Part shown: one piece after another, positions 20,248 to 31,553 of the stretch | How positions within the stretch are numbered: position 1 is the first letter of the stretch | Layout: every line of letters begins with the position of its first letter | Assembly: GCA_963747025.1 (NCBI GenBank) | Contig: CAVVDJ010000002.1 | Location: 19,376 to 83,375, forward strand | Direction of reading: 5' to 3' | Source: an uncultured beta proteobacterium | Lineage (GTDB): Bacteria > Pseudomonadota > Gammaproteobacteria > Burkholderiales > SHXO01 | Length of the DNA: 64,000 nucleotides | Notes under the pieces: model-generated | Seen by the model: only the letters and a program-made list of their open reading frames with translations | What the model was told of the DNA's origin: nothing | Database searches by the model: none | Program-made: the position numbers and the translations under genes

Positions 20248-22260
20248 CTACGCGTGAAGTACCCGTTTGACCGTGGCAACGACATTTTCGGGCGTGAAGC
20301 CAAAGAATTTGAACAGGTCGCCGGCCGGTGCGGACTCCCCGAAGCGGTCGATGCCCGACAACACCACCTTCCAGCCCCACATACTTGCGCCAGAAGTCGC
20401 TGACGCCGGCTTCTACCGCGACGCGTCTGACTCCGGGGAGCAGCACCGAGTCCCGATAACCCTGCTGTTCCCGGTCAAAGCGCGTGGTGGAAGGCATGGA
20501 AACGACCCGCACCGCGATACCCTCTTCCTGCAAGCGCTTCTGGGCCTCGATCGCAAGACCCACTTCGGAACCGGTGGCGATCAGGATCACGCGCGGGCCT
20601 CCCGCCAGCCTCGGACAGGACATAGCCACCGCGTTCGATCAGCGCGAGCTGAGCGGCGCTGCGCGCTCTGAAACGGCAGGTTTTGGCGCGAGAGCAGCAA
20701 CGAGGTCGGTCCGTCCCGACGCTCGATTGCGGCGATCCATGCGACCGTAGTCTCGACTGTGTCGCACGGGCGCCAGACTTCCATACCGGGGATCTAACGC
20801 AGCGTCGCGGCGTGTTCGATCGGCTGGTGCGTCGGTCCGTCTTCGCCCAGGCCGATGGAGTCGTGGGTATAGACGAAAATGCTACCAGCATGCTCGAGCG
20901 CGGCCATGCGCAGCGCATTGCGCGCGTAGTCGGAAAAGGTCAGGAAGGTCCCTCCGAAGGGGATCATTCCGCCGTGCAGCGCAAGCCCATTGAGCGCTGC
21001 CGACATGCCAAATTCCCGCACTCCGTAGAACACGTAGTTGCCGCCGCCGCCCCCGCGAGTCATCGGTTTCGCACCCGACCAAAGCGTGAGGTTCGAGGCA
21101 GCGAGGTCAGCGGAGCCGCCGATCAGCTCAGGCAAGCTCGGCGCTAGTCCCTTCGATGGCGTTCTGGGAAGCTTTGCGGGTGGCGATGCTTTCACCCTTG
21201 CCGTTCACTGCTTCCAGGAAAGCCTTGCAGTGCGTGCGCCAGCTTGCTGGTAACTCACCGGCCATCCGACGCCGGAACTCGCGGCCAACTCCGGGTACTG
21301 CTGGGCGTAGCGCTCGAGCTTGGCTTGCCAGGCCGATTCCAGCTGCTCGCCCCGCGACCTGCGCATCCCAGCCCGCATAAACGTCGGCTGGAATCTCGAA
21401 CGGCGGGTATTTCCAGCCGAGACGCTTCTCGTGCCGCTGCCACTTCCTTTTCACCCAGCGCCGCGCCATGCGCCGCGCCGGTGTTGGCCTTGTTGGGCGC
21501 ACCCTTGCCGATGATGGTCTTGCAGCAGATGAGGGAGGGTCGATCGGTCACCGTCTGAGCGGCACGCACAGCCCGGTCGACCGCCTCGAAGTCGTGACCA
21601 TCGACTGCGCGGATTACGTTCCAGCCGTAAGCCTCGAAGCGCTTGGGTGTGTCGTCCGTGAACCAGTGCTCCATGGTCGATTTCTCGGAGTCGATGGAGA
21701 TCCCGTTGTCATCGTAGATGGCGATGAGCTTGCCCGAGGCCGAGCGTTCCGGCAAGGCTGGCCGCCTCGTGCGAGATGCCTTCCATCATGCAGCCGTCAC
21801 CCATGAATACGTAGGTGCGGTGATCGACGACTTCGATGCCGGGTCGGTTGAACTCGGCGGCGAGCGAGCGCTCGGCAAGCGCGAATCCGACCGCGTTGGC
21901 AAACCCCTGGCCCAGCGGACCGGTGGTGGTCTCCACGCCCGGCGTAAGCCCGCGCTCGGGATGCCCGGGTGTCTTGGAGTGGAGTTGGCGAAAGCGTTCG
22001 ATCTCACCCATCGGCAGATCGAACCCCGTCAGATGCAGTAGTGCATACAACAGCATGGAGCCATGCCCGTTGGACAGCACGAATCGATCGCGGTCGGCCC
22101 AGGCGGGATTGCGCGGGTTGAAGCGCAGATGATGGTTCCAAATCACCTCAGCGATGTCGGCCATACCCATCGGCATCCCGGGATGGCCCGAGTTCGCCTT
22201 CTGCACCGCGTCCATGGCCAGTGCGCGCAACGCGTTGGCCAGTTCTTGTCTGGTCGACAT
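20248..22260 (-). pseudogene. tkt: Transketolase; about 8 frameshifts and one in-frame TAG as sequenced
   Basis: [37 protein letters not shown]...[17 protein letters not shown]...[15 protein letters not shown] | [15 protein letters not shown]... | [11 protein letters not shown] | ...[10 protein letters not shown] | [11 protein letters not shown] | [15 protein letters not shown]...[37 protein letters not shown]...LLLSRQNL | ...GGYVL | [11 protein letters not shown]...[19 protein letters not shown]. Switches lie near 21740, 21440, 21365, 21290, 21145, 20660, 20590 and 20355. The TAG is at 20794-20796. Confidence 0.85.
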
Positions 22261-22264
22261 CCGA

Positions 22265-23519
22265 TCACTCCCTGCGCGGCAGCTTGATGCCGAGCTGCTT
22301 GAGTTTGCGGTACAGGTGGGTGCGTTCCAATCCGACGCGCTCGGCCACCCGGCTCATGTTCGCGGCCTCTCGGCTGATGTGGTACTCGAAATACACGCGC
22401 TCGAAAGCGTCGCGTGCTTCGCGCAGGGCCAGGTCCAGCGGCAACGCGCCCAGCGCGCGGCCCAATGGGGCGTCCAGGCGCGAAACGGCGTTGTTCACTT
22501 CGGCCACCCCAATCTCGCTCGACGCTGCAAGCAGCGCGGTCGACTTCACAACGTTTTCCAGCTCGGCCAAATTGCCGGGCCAGTCGTACACGCGCAGGGC
22601 ATTGAGGGCGCCGGTGCTGAACTGCCGCGGCGGCACTTCCTTGGCTTCGACGCAACGCTCCAGGACCAGTTTCGCCAACTCGGGAACATCCTCAGGGTGC
22701 TCGCGCAGGCTCGGTACACGCAGCTGGATCGGTGCAATGGCCGAGTACAACCGGGCATCGAAGCTGCCTTCGGCGACCATGCGCGGCAGAGGCTTGGACG
22801 CCGAGCAAATCAGTCGGGTGTGGTAACGATCGAGCTTGGCCGTCTGCGCTAGCAGGCTTTGTTGCTGGTCGGGCGTGAGCTCGCTCACTGCGTGCAGGTA
22901 GAGAGTGCCCTCGGCCGCCTGGCCCACCACGTTGGTTGCCAGGTCGTCGAACACGGCGAAGGTGGCGGGCGCAACCCAGGGAGTGTTCGGAAGATGCAGG
23001 AAGCGCGCGCAGAGCGTTTTTCCGCAGCCGGGCTCGCCGGTCAGCAACACCGGGGTTTTCAGGTTCTTGATGGTCTCCAGGCGCTGCCGCAGTTCCGCGA
23101 TGAGCGGCGCCTTGCCCAGATAGGCCATATCGAGCGCCGGCTGCGAGGCGGGAGCCGGGGTGCGCAGCGCCTGGCCCACCGTCGTCAACAGCTTCTGCAA
23201 CGCAATCGGTTTTTCCAGGAAACCAAACGCCCCGATGCGGGTGGCTTCTACCGCCGTGTCGATAGTGCCATGGCCAGACATCATCACCACGGGCATGGTC
23301 AACTGACCGCCCGTAGCCCACTCCTTGAGCAGGGAGATCCCGTCCGTATCCGGCATCCAGATATCCAGCAGCACGAGGTCGGGGCGCACCCGGTTACGAA
23401 TCAGAGCGCGCCTCGCCGGCATTCTCGGCCAGGCGCACTTGGTGCCCCTCTTCTCGCAGGATCTCCGACAGCAGCTCTCGGATCCCGACCTCGTCGTCGA
23501 CCACCAGTATCTGACTCAT
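22265..23519 (-). CDS. ntrX: NtrX-type response regulator (receiver, AAA+ and Fis-type HTH domains); one frameshift as sequenced
   Basis: [37 protein letters not shown] | [23 protein letters not shown]; Walker A GEPGCGKT; [11 protein letters not shown]; C-terminal [27 protein letters not shown]. No GAFTGA loop is present, as reported for NtrX. The switch lies near 23405. The ATG overlaps the ntrY stop (ATGA). Confidence 0.8.
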
Positions 23520-25753
23520 GTTCTCATCCGGCATTGACGTTCGCTGGCTGCGACTGCGCACGCCAGCTTCTCCTTCGCTACGGGCAGCGAAATAGCAACC
23601 TCTGCTCCGGCGGGCTTCAGGTTGCGGATCTCGATGCTTCCGCTGTGCTCCTCGACGATCTTCTTCACGATGGCCAGCCCCAGCCCGGTTCCCCTGCGGC
23701 TTGGTTGTCACGTACGGCTCGAAAGCGCGCGCCAGGATGTCCGGTGGAAACCCCGTCCCATTGTCTTGCACCGTCAGACGAGCGTTGCCCAGGTCGCGCT
23801 GCGTATAGATCACAATGCGGGGCCGTTTGACCTCCGCCACCGCCTGCTCCGCGTTCTGCAGCAGGTTGTGAATGACTTGCCGCAGACGCGCCTGGTCACC
23901 CTCGACCCGCGGCAACGCTTCGTCGAGCTCCAGAATGATGCCGCGACCGTGCGACTCGTACAGGGCGAGGACCTCGCGCACGAGGCGGTTGAGGTCGAGA
24001 GGCTCGAGGCGGATCTCGGGAATGCGGGCGTACTGACTGAAGGCGTCGACCATGCCCTTGAGCTGCCCCACCTGCGCCACGATCGTCTCGGTGGCGCGCA
24101 TGAGCATTTCGGCGTCGTCTGGCGAGAGCTTGTTTGCGAGCCGACGGGTAAGGCGCTCGGCGGAGAGTTGGATCGGGGTCAGCGGGTTTTTGATCTCGTG
24201 CGCAAGGCGACGCGCTACTTCGCCCCAGGCGGCGATGCGCTGCGCCTGGAGCAGTCGCGTGATGTCGTCAAACACCAGCACGAAACCGCTTTCGACACCG
24301 ACTTGCAGCGCGGACCCGCGCAGCAGGAGGACCTTCTTTCCCGACCGGCTGCCGAACTCGATCTGGGCCTCCCAGACCTCGCTACCGCCCTGATCGATGG
24401 CCCGCAAGATTGCGCCGATCCGATCTCTGCCAACCGCGCGTCTCGCTCGCCCCAATCGCTTACGCCTACGCCGATCAGCGGAGCCAACTCGACACCCAGA
24501 ATTTGCTCGGCGCTGGGGTTGGCGGAGCGCAGGCAGTGCGCGCCGTCGAATGACAGGACACCAGCCGACAGTTTGGCCAGGATACTTTCGAGATAGGCCT
24601 TGGCGCCTTCGAGCTGACCTTGGTTGCGCAGCAGCTCTCCGCGCGCCTCCGCCAGCTGCGTGGTCATCGTATTAAACGACTCGGTGAGGATGCCGAGCTC
24701 GTCGTGGCTGCGCACCGGATGACGCTGGCTGAAGTCGCCCTGCGCCACCGCGCGCGTACCGGCAGCCAGAACCGACAGCGGCGCGGACAGCCGCTCGCTA
24801 AAGACAATGGCGAGCGCGAGCGCTGAGAGCAGCGCCAGCAGCAGCGCGAGCGTGAGAGAAAGACCATACAAGCGTTTGAGTCCCTGCCGCGAAAGGGATA
24901 GCTCTTGATACTCTTGATACATGGTCTGGACGGTCTCGGCGTCGCGGGCGAGCTCCGGCGGTACTTTCTGCACCAGCTGCAGCAGCCCGGTCTCACCTGA
25001 CAGCTTGTTTACCGGGACCACGACGCGCAGCCGCAGCCCCTTGTCGGGCACCGATTCAACCGCTCTGTATGGCTGCTGCAGCAGTACCTTGCGCGCCACC
25101 GCACGCGGGATCAACTGCGGAACGAGACCCGAACCCTCGCTGACGGAGAAAGCGATGATCCTTCCGTCTGGGTGGAACAGCGCGGCCTCATCCACCGCCG
25201 TTTGCTCGCGCAGGGCGTTGAGCACGGCGATCTGCTGAGAGGCAGAGGCATCGGCCAGTGCTTGCCCCATCCCTCCGGCTTTCAACGTTAGGTCCCTGAG
25301 CAGGTTCTCCAAGGTCGTCCGGCCGAGGCTCAAACCGCCCTCCAGTGCTTTGTCCACACGCACGTCGAACCAGGACTCTATGCTCTTGTTCAAGAACTGC
25401 ACGGAGACCGCGTAGACCAGTGCGCCCGGCAACACTGCCACCAGCGAAAACAAGAGCACCAGGCGCAGCGTGAGCTTGGAGCCGAACAGTCCCGCTGCGA
25501 GCCGCCGCCGCAACGCCAGCAGCTGATAGCCCACCAGCACCATCAGGCCCACGACCAGCGCGATGCCGAAAAACAGCGGCAGCTGCAGATCGCGAGCGAA
25601 GGTAGGTGTGTTCGAGCTGGCGCTCGACAGCAAATACAACATGATCGCGCCGAGCAGCAGGATCAACGCGACTAAGTACTTCATGCCGCGCGACAGCAGC
25701 GACTTGCGCATCCTGTGTATCGTCCTGCTCATCGGGCGGCGGGAGGCGGTCAT
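23516..25753 (-). CDS. ntrY: NtrY-type sensor histidine kinase (TM, HAMP, PAS, HisKA, HATPase); 2 frameshifts as sequenced
   Basis: N-terminal TM helices, HAMP region (LSAPLSVLAAGTRAVAQGDFSQ), H-box RRLAHEIKNPLTPIQLSAERL, N-box HNLLQNAEQA, then DNGTGFP...FEPYVTTKP | TGLGLAIVKKIVEEHSGSIEI. Switches lie near 24425 and 23705. Confidence 0.8.
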
Positions 25754-26310
25754 GGCCGAAAGGTCCAGCGGTACCAGTCGGAGGACAGGTTCCAATCGCG
25801 TGAGGCGAGCGCATTGATCTGCAACGGCTTGGGCAGTTGGGTCGTATCCAGCCGCAGCCGCAGCTCGGCGAGATACACGTTGTCAGGGTCAAGGTCCTGA
25901 CGGCCGAAGACCACGCGTTCGCGCACGCGGCTGAGAACTCCGAGGGCTTCCTCGAGCGTGTCGAAATTCTGGTGCAAGTTGCCGAATGACAACCGGTACT
26001 GACGCGTCAGCGCGTTGTACGAAAGTCGGTGTTGCTGCCGAAACTCTGCGATGGTGCGATTCCACAGGCCCAGCGTCCACCAGCGCGGATACGTGAGCTC
26101 AAAATCGATCACGAAGGGCAGCGCAAGGCCGCGCAGAAGCGCTTCCTCGAGTGTGTGCGAAAGGGTGATCTCATAGTTGGCCTCGAGCGAATACCCGGCG
26201 TCCGACGCAATCAGCTCGGCGGACTTGATGTGGATACCCTCGGCCCACGCCACGGTTGCATGAAACAACACTGCCAACGCGAGAAGGGGGCCGCGGAGGA
26301 GTTGCAGCAT
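25750..26310 (-). CDS. Secreted DUF4390-like protein, coupled to ntrY
   Basis: 186 aa from ATG 26310, with signal peptide MLQLLRGPLLALAVLFHATVAWA. The stop overlaps the ntrY ATG (ATGA). Position between rsmB and ntrY is as I recall for DUF4390; the name was not searched. Confidence 0.6.
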   Translation of the reverse strand: MLQLLRGPLLALAVLFHATVAWAEGIHIKSAELIASDAGYSLEANYEITLSHTLEEALLRGLALPFVIDFELTYPRWWTLGLWNRTIAEFRQQHRLSYNALTRQYRLSFGNLHQNFDTLEEALGVLSRVRERVVFGRQDLDPDNVYLAELRLRLDTTQLPKPLQINALASRDWNLSSDWYRWTFRP

Positions 26311-26317
26311 GCGCCCG

Positions 26318-27599
26318 TCAGGCCCTCTGCAGCAGCGAGTAAAAGAAACCATCATGCCGGGAGTCAGGCAGGATCTGGCCCTTGATATTCCCGATCTCCG
26401 GGCCGTCCGGGATGTCGGACAGCGGTAGCAGCCTCGCCTCCGGGTGAGATTGCAGGAACGCGGCAATCTGCAGTTGATTTTCGTCCGGAAAAACCGAGCA
26501 AGTCGCGTAGAGCAATTTACCACCTGCAGCAAGCATATGCCATAACACCTCCAGGAGCCGGCGCTGCTGCACCGCCAAGGCCGTAGCCGTCCTGCGGGCG
26601 ACGCAGCCACTTGATGTCGGGATGACGACGGACGATACCTGACGCGGTGCAAGGCGCATCGAGCAATATCCGCTGGAACCGTGTTCCGTCCCACCAGCTG
26701 GAGGGTTCGGCCGCATCCGCACACACCAGTCGTGCCCGCAAGTGCAATCGCTCGAGCGTCTCGCGCACGCGCGTCAGACGAGCAGCATCACGGTCGATGG
26801 CGGTGAGCTCCACGTCGGCGGTTTCGAGCACATGCGCACTCTTGCCTCCGGGCGCTGCACACGCGTCGAGCACCCTTTGACCGTCCGCGAGATCGAGCAG
26901 TCCCGCCGCGTACTGGGCAGAGAGATCCTGCACCGACACCAGTCCCTGACCAAAGCCCGGCAGTTGCTCCACGCTCACGGGTTTGGGCAGCAGGAGCGCC
27001 GCTCGACCGACCTGCTCCGCGCTGATGCCCGCACCGTGCAGCAGTGCAAGATAGGCCTCGCAGCGGATCAGGCGCAAGTTGACGCGTAGCGTCATCGGCG
27101 GGCGGGCGTTTCCCGCCTCCAGTATCGCGCCATAGCACGTCGGATAGGCGCGCCTGCCCTCGTCGATCCACCACTGCGGGTAAGACCAGCGCCCCTCTTC
27201 GGTCCGCCGCGCTTGCGACAGCACTGCCTCGGGCTGACGCAGGAAACTGCGCAGCAACGCATTGACCAGGCCTTTGGCCGAGCTTTTTCGCAATCGCGCG
27301 CAGGCGCTCACGGCATGGTCTACCACCGCGTAGGGCGCGGCTCGCGTGAATTGGAGCTGATACAGCGCGACTAACAGCAGCGCCTCTACCTCGCGATCCG
27401 TCAGCGCTCGTGTCGCCAGCGCTGCTAGCAGACCCCGCAACAGGCCGAGGTGGCGGAATACACCAAAGCAGATATCTTGTAACGCCCCCCCGGAGGTGTC
27501 CTGCACAGCGTCCCGCGTTCTGGGGAGCTCCGATGCGAGGCTGCGCCCCGCCAATACCTGGAGGACCACCCGCACAGCCCGTAGCTGGGTATCGATCAC
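26318..27599 (-). CDS. rsmB: 16S rRNA (cytosine967-C5)-methyltransferase; one frameshift as sequenced
   Basis: NusB-like N-terminus, then VSVQDLSAQYAAGLLD...VLDACAAPGGKS...ILLDAPCTASGIVRRHPDIKWLRRPQD | ...LLEVLWHMLAAGGKLLYATCSVFPDENQ. The switch lies near 26590. The GTG start overlaps the fmt stop. Confidence 0.85.
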
Positions 27600-28520
27600 T
27601 TACCAAGGAACTCCCCGCGCGCCAGCGCAACCCCGCGCAAGAATTCCGCGGCCAACATGGGCTTGCCGCCCGCGCGCTGCAGCTGCTGGATCAGCAGCGC
27701 ACCGCTGACCGCAGCCGACCAAGATCCCGCCATCGGTGCCCTCGATACGACCTGGAGCACCGTGCTCCTGAATGGCACGCGCTCGCCACACCCGCAGCAG
27801 CTCGCCGCGCCAGCTGGTGCTGGCGACAGGAAATGGATTGAACGCACGGACCTGACGCTCGATCGCGATCGCCGCATGCGACCAGTCGATCATCGCCTCG
27901 TGCTTTTCGATCTTGTTTGCGTAGGTGACGCCCTGATCGGACTGAGGGTTGGCGCGAATCTGCCCGGCTTCAAGCGCGGACAGCACTCGCACCATGCAAG
28001 AGCCCCCCAGCATCGCAAGCTTGTCGTGCAACGAGCCAGCGGTATCGTCCGGCTCGAGTTGCACACTCTGCCTCAGATAAACGGGCCCGGTGTCCAGTCC
28101 GGCTTCCATGCGCATGATGCTGATGCCCGTTTCGCTGTCACCTGCCAGGATAGCGCGCTGAATCGGCGCCGCGCCACGCCAGCGCGGCAGCAGCGACGCG
28201 TGAATGTTGATGCAGCCAAAGTCGAATAACTCCAGCAGCGACGGCGGCAGGATCAAGCCATACGCAGCTACCACCATGACCTGAGCCTGCGCCGCCCGCA
28301 CAACTTCCAGCGCCTCATCCGATTTGAGCGTGGCGGGCTGGGCCAATGGTAGTGCGTGCGCCAGAGCCAGCGCTTTCACCTCGCTCGGACGCGGCCTCAG
28401 GCCACGTCCGGCTGGCCTGTCTGGCTGGGTCAAAACGAGTGCCACGTCGTGCCTGGCCTCCAGCAGGGCGCACAACGCAGACTCGGCAAACCCGGGTGTG
28501 CCGGCGAACACCAGACGCAT
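27596..28520 (-). CDS. fmt: Methionyl-tRNA formyltransferase; one frameshift near the 3' end as sequenced
   Basis: [16 protein letters not shown]...VLTQPDRPAGRG...INIHASLLPRWRGAAPIQRAILAGDSETGISIMRM...ILVGCG | GALLIQQLQRAGGKPMLAAEFLRG. The switch lies near 27715. Confidence 0.88.
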
Positions 28521-29032
28521 CACAACGCCCGCCGCTGTTGCTTCTCCTGCTTCTTGATGCGGGCCAGGATCCGGCTCTGCTTGAGCCGAGACAGGTACTC
28601 CACGAAGACCTTGCCCTGCAAATGGTCCATTTCGTGCTGGATGCACACCGACATGAGCCCGCTCGCTTCAAGCTCGAACGGTTGCCCGACCTTATCCAGC
28701 GCGCGCACTCTGATCCATTCGGCGCGCTCGATCTTTTCAAAGATCCCTGGAACAGACAAGCAGCCCTCCTCGAAATCCGATATCCCACGGGTTTCCAGGA
28801 TCATCGGATTGATGAGTACGAGCAATTGATCGCGGGCCTCGGAGATGTCGATCACGATGACCTGCTTGTGCACGTCAACTTGCGTGGCAGCCAGTCCAAC
28901 GCCGGGCGCGGCATACATTGTCTGCGCCATGTCCTCAACTAGGCGGCGGATTTCGCCGTTAACCGATTCCACTGGTGCAGCCACCGTGTGCAGACGCTCA
29001 TCAGGGTAGCGCAGGATCGAGAGCAAGGCCAT
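28520..29032 (-). CDS. def: Peptide deformylase
   Basis: Intact 170 aa. Motifs seen: [26 protein letters not shown]. Confidence 0.95.
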   Translation of the reverse strand: MALLSILRYPDERLHTVAAPVESVNGEIRRLVEDMAQTMYAAPGVGLAATQVDVHKQVIVIDISEARDQLLVLINPMILETRGISDFEEGCLSVPGIFEKIERAEWIRVRALDKVGQPFELEASGLMSVCIQHEMDHLQGKVFVEYLSRLKQSRILARIKKQEKQQRRAL

Positions 29033-29164
29033 AATTTTCTTGCCAATTGAGGCTACTACGTGCAGAATTTAAACAAGATTGTTACGATGAACCGAAGTTT
29101 CAAGGTCGCCGCGGTCGAAGGAGCGACACGTCTGCAAGACGTCCGAAACACAGTGGGGGCGTAA

Positions 29165-30343
29165 ATGGCCAGAATTATATCGGTTCTCCCTTTGCTGCTC
29201 GTCTGCGCGCTTGGCCCCACCCAGGCTGTCGCCGAGGACGAGCCCGCGAAAGACGCAGCGGTGATCCCGGCCGTTCCGGATGCCGCGACGCCACCCCTGA
29301 CCGGCCTGGCTGAACCTGCTGCACCTGCCGAATCTACCGAACCCGCCTCGGATGTCAAGCTGCAGGACAATCCGCCTGCGCGTTATACGGTAAAGCGCGG
29401 CGACACGTTGTGGGGAATCTCCAGCCGATTTCTCAAGAACCCTTGGAAGTGGCCCGCGGTCTGGGGCATGAATAAGGATGAGATCAAGAATCCGCACCTC
29501 ATCTACCCTGGCGAAGTCATCATTCTCGATCTCTCCGGGGCCACGCCGAGACTGCGCCTCGAGGGCGTACCGGACGGAGGGCTGTCGCGCTGGACCGGCT
29601 ACGAGCTGCAGGTAACCAAGCTCGAGCCGCGGGTGAGATCGAGTGCTCTGGCGGCGGCCATCCCGACCATCTCTGCCAAGGATCTCGCGCCGTTTCTAAG
29701 TCGCTCACTGGTGGTGGACCCTGAATCCGTGGCGCTTGCTCCCAAGATCGTCGCAGGGATGGAAAGCCGGGTGGCGCTGAGCGCGAACGATACCGCCTTT
29801 GCTGTCGGCGTCGAGAAAAGCAAGGGCAGCTTCTGGAACGTCTATCACCCGGGCCGGATGTTTTTCGATCCAGACACCAAGGAACACCTCGGCAGAGAGG
29901 CGGTGTATCTCGGCGACGTCGAGGTACAGTCGTTCGGCCAGGTTTCGGCCCTACGCATAGTGCGCGCCAACCAGGAGGTCGTCAGCGGCGATCGATTGGC
30001 CGTCATGGCTGAGTTGCCAACGCTCCCTTACGTGCCGCGCGCGCCGGACCGGAAAATCGTCGGCAAGGTCATCGCCGGAAACAGCGAGACGTTGTCCGAG
30101 ATCGGGCCCATGTCGATGGTGATCCTGAACCGCGGCACCCGCGACGGGCTTGAGCCCGGGCAAGTGCTTTCGTTGTTTCGCAACCAGGGCAGTGTTACGG
30201 TCGACGGCAAGGTAATGCCGCTACCCCAGGAGGAATACGGATTGGTAATGGTGTACCGCGTGTTCGGTAAGGTATCCTTTGGTCTGGTGATGACTGCCCG
30301 CCACCCCGTCCATATCAACGACGTCGTCAGAAATCCCTCGTGA
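29165..30343 (+). CDS. LysM domain-containing periplasmic protein
   Basis: Intact 392 aa. Signal peptide MARIISVLPLLLVCALGPTQAVA. LysM motif YTVKRGDTLWGISSRFLKNPWKWPAVW. It sits in the conserved position between def and dprA. Confidence 0.8.
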   Translation: MARIISVLPLLLVCALGPTQAVAEDEPAKDAAVIPAVPDAATPPLTGLAEPAAPAESTEPASDVKLQDNPPARYTVKRGDTLWGISSRFLKNPWKWPAVWGMNKDEIKNPHLIYPGEVIILDLSGATPRLRLEGVPDGGLSRWTGYELQVTKLEPRVRSSALAAAIPTISAKDLAPFLSRSLVVDPESVALAPKIVAGMESRVALSANDTAFAVGVEKSKGSFWNVYHPGRMFFDPDTKEHLGREAVYLGDVEVQSFGQVSALRIVRANQEVVSGDRLAVMAELPTLPYVPRAPDRKIVGKVIAGNSETLSEIGPMSMVILNRGTRDGLEPGQVLSLFRNQGSVTVDGKVMPLPQEEYGLVMVYRVFGKVSFGLVMTARHPVHINDVVRNPS

Positions 30344-30353
30344 CCCAGCGCCG

Positions 30354-31462
30354 ATGCCCGGCGCGGACGCACATCAGCCAGCCGAAGATACCGAAGCGTG
30401 GCTGCGCCTCGCTCTGACGCCCAAGCTCGGGCCTTCCACCCAGCGTAAGTTGTTGCGGGCTCTTGGCGGCCCGCGCGAAGTTTTCGAAGCCTCGCCCGGC
30501 GAACTCGTCAGGGCTGCCGGCGAATCCGTTGCTTCCGCTCTTCACGCCGGTGCCGGACCCGGCACTTGTGCAACAGAGTCTCGCCTGGCTGCAGGAGCCG
30601 GGGAACCATTTGCTGACCCTGGCCGACGAGCGTTATCCACGCGTCCTCCTGCAGACCGCCGATCCTCCCTTGCTGCTGTTCGTCAAAGGCCGTGTAGAAC
30701 TACTCGATCACGCGGCCCTGGCCGTCGTGGGTAGCCGCACGGCGACGCCAAGCGGTACAAGAGATGCTGAGGCCTTCGCGCAAGTCCTGAGCGATGCAGG
30801 CTTGACCATCGTCAGCGGGCTTGCGCTCGGAATCGACAGCGCGGCGCACCGCGGTGGGTTGAGCGGCGCCTCTTCAAGCGTAGCGGTTGTCGGTACCGGG
30901 TTGGACAAGGTATACCCGGCGCGCAACCGCGAGCTTGCGCACCGTCTGGCGATCGAGGGTGCGCTCGTCTCGGAGTTCCCCCTCGGAACTCCGCCGTTGG
31001 CGGCAAACTTTCCGCGTCGCAACCGGGTCATCAGCGGGCTGTCGCGCGGTTGTCTGGTTGTGGAGGCCGCGCTCCGCAGCGGATCGTTGATCACGGCGCG
31101 TCAAGCTTCGGAGCAAGGCCGCGAAGTATTCGCTGTTCCGGGTTCGATCCACTCGCCTTTGTCCAAGGGCTGCCACTGGCTCATCAAGCAGGGTGCCAAA
31201 CTGGTGGAAACGGCGCAGGACGTGCTGGAAGAACTGGGGATGGTCGCGGCGGCCACAGCGCGCACCGAGGACGGGGCTCCGCCGCTGCAAGCTCACGAGT
31301 CTGCGTTGCTCACGGCAATGGGATTCGAGCCCGTCGACCCTGACACCATTTGCCAGCGCGCCCATCTGGCTGCCCGACGCCGCGGCGGCCATACTGTTGA
31401 AGCTGGAGCTCGATGGCTACCTGAGCCGCCTCCCCGGCGGCCTGTTGCAACGCATGCGCTGA
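30354..31462 (+). CDS. dprA: DNA processing protein DprA (Smf); 2 frameshifts as sequenced
   Basis: ...WLRLALTPKLGPSTQRKLL...ALHAGAG | PDPALVQQSLAWLQEPGNHLLTLADERYP...AVVGSRTATPSG...SGLALGIDSAAHRG...TVAVVGTGLDKVYP...FPRRNRVISGLS...VVEAALRSGSLITAR...GREVFAVPGS | ...AAAILLKLELDGYLSRLPGG. Switches lie near 30555 and 31375. Confidence 0.85.
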
Positions 31463-31553
31463 CGGATGCTCGACCACGGTGCGCAAGCTTTGCGCTTGCG
31501 CTGGTGGGTTCGAGTGCCTATCATCTGCCGCTCCTCTTTTGTGCACCCGCAGC

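Noticed and set aside
20794-20796. The TAG in tkt as a reassigned or read-through (for example pyrrolysine-type) codon.
   Set aside because: Other genes in the window terminate normally with TAG (atpD at 54095-54097, rsmG at 45786-45788, tkt itself at 20248-20250). No recoding machinery is evident, and the site aligns with an ordinary hydrophobic residue.
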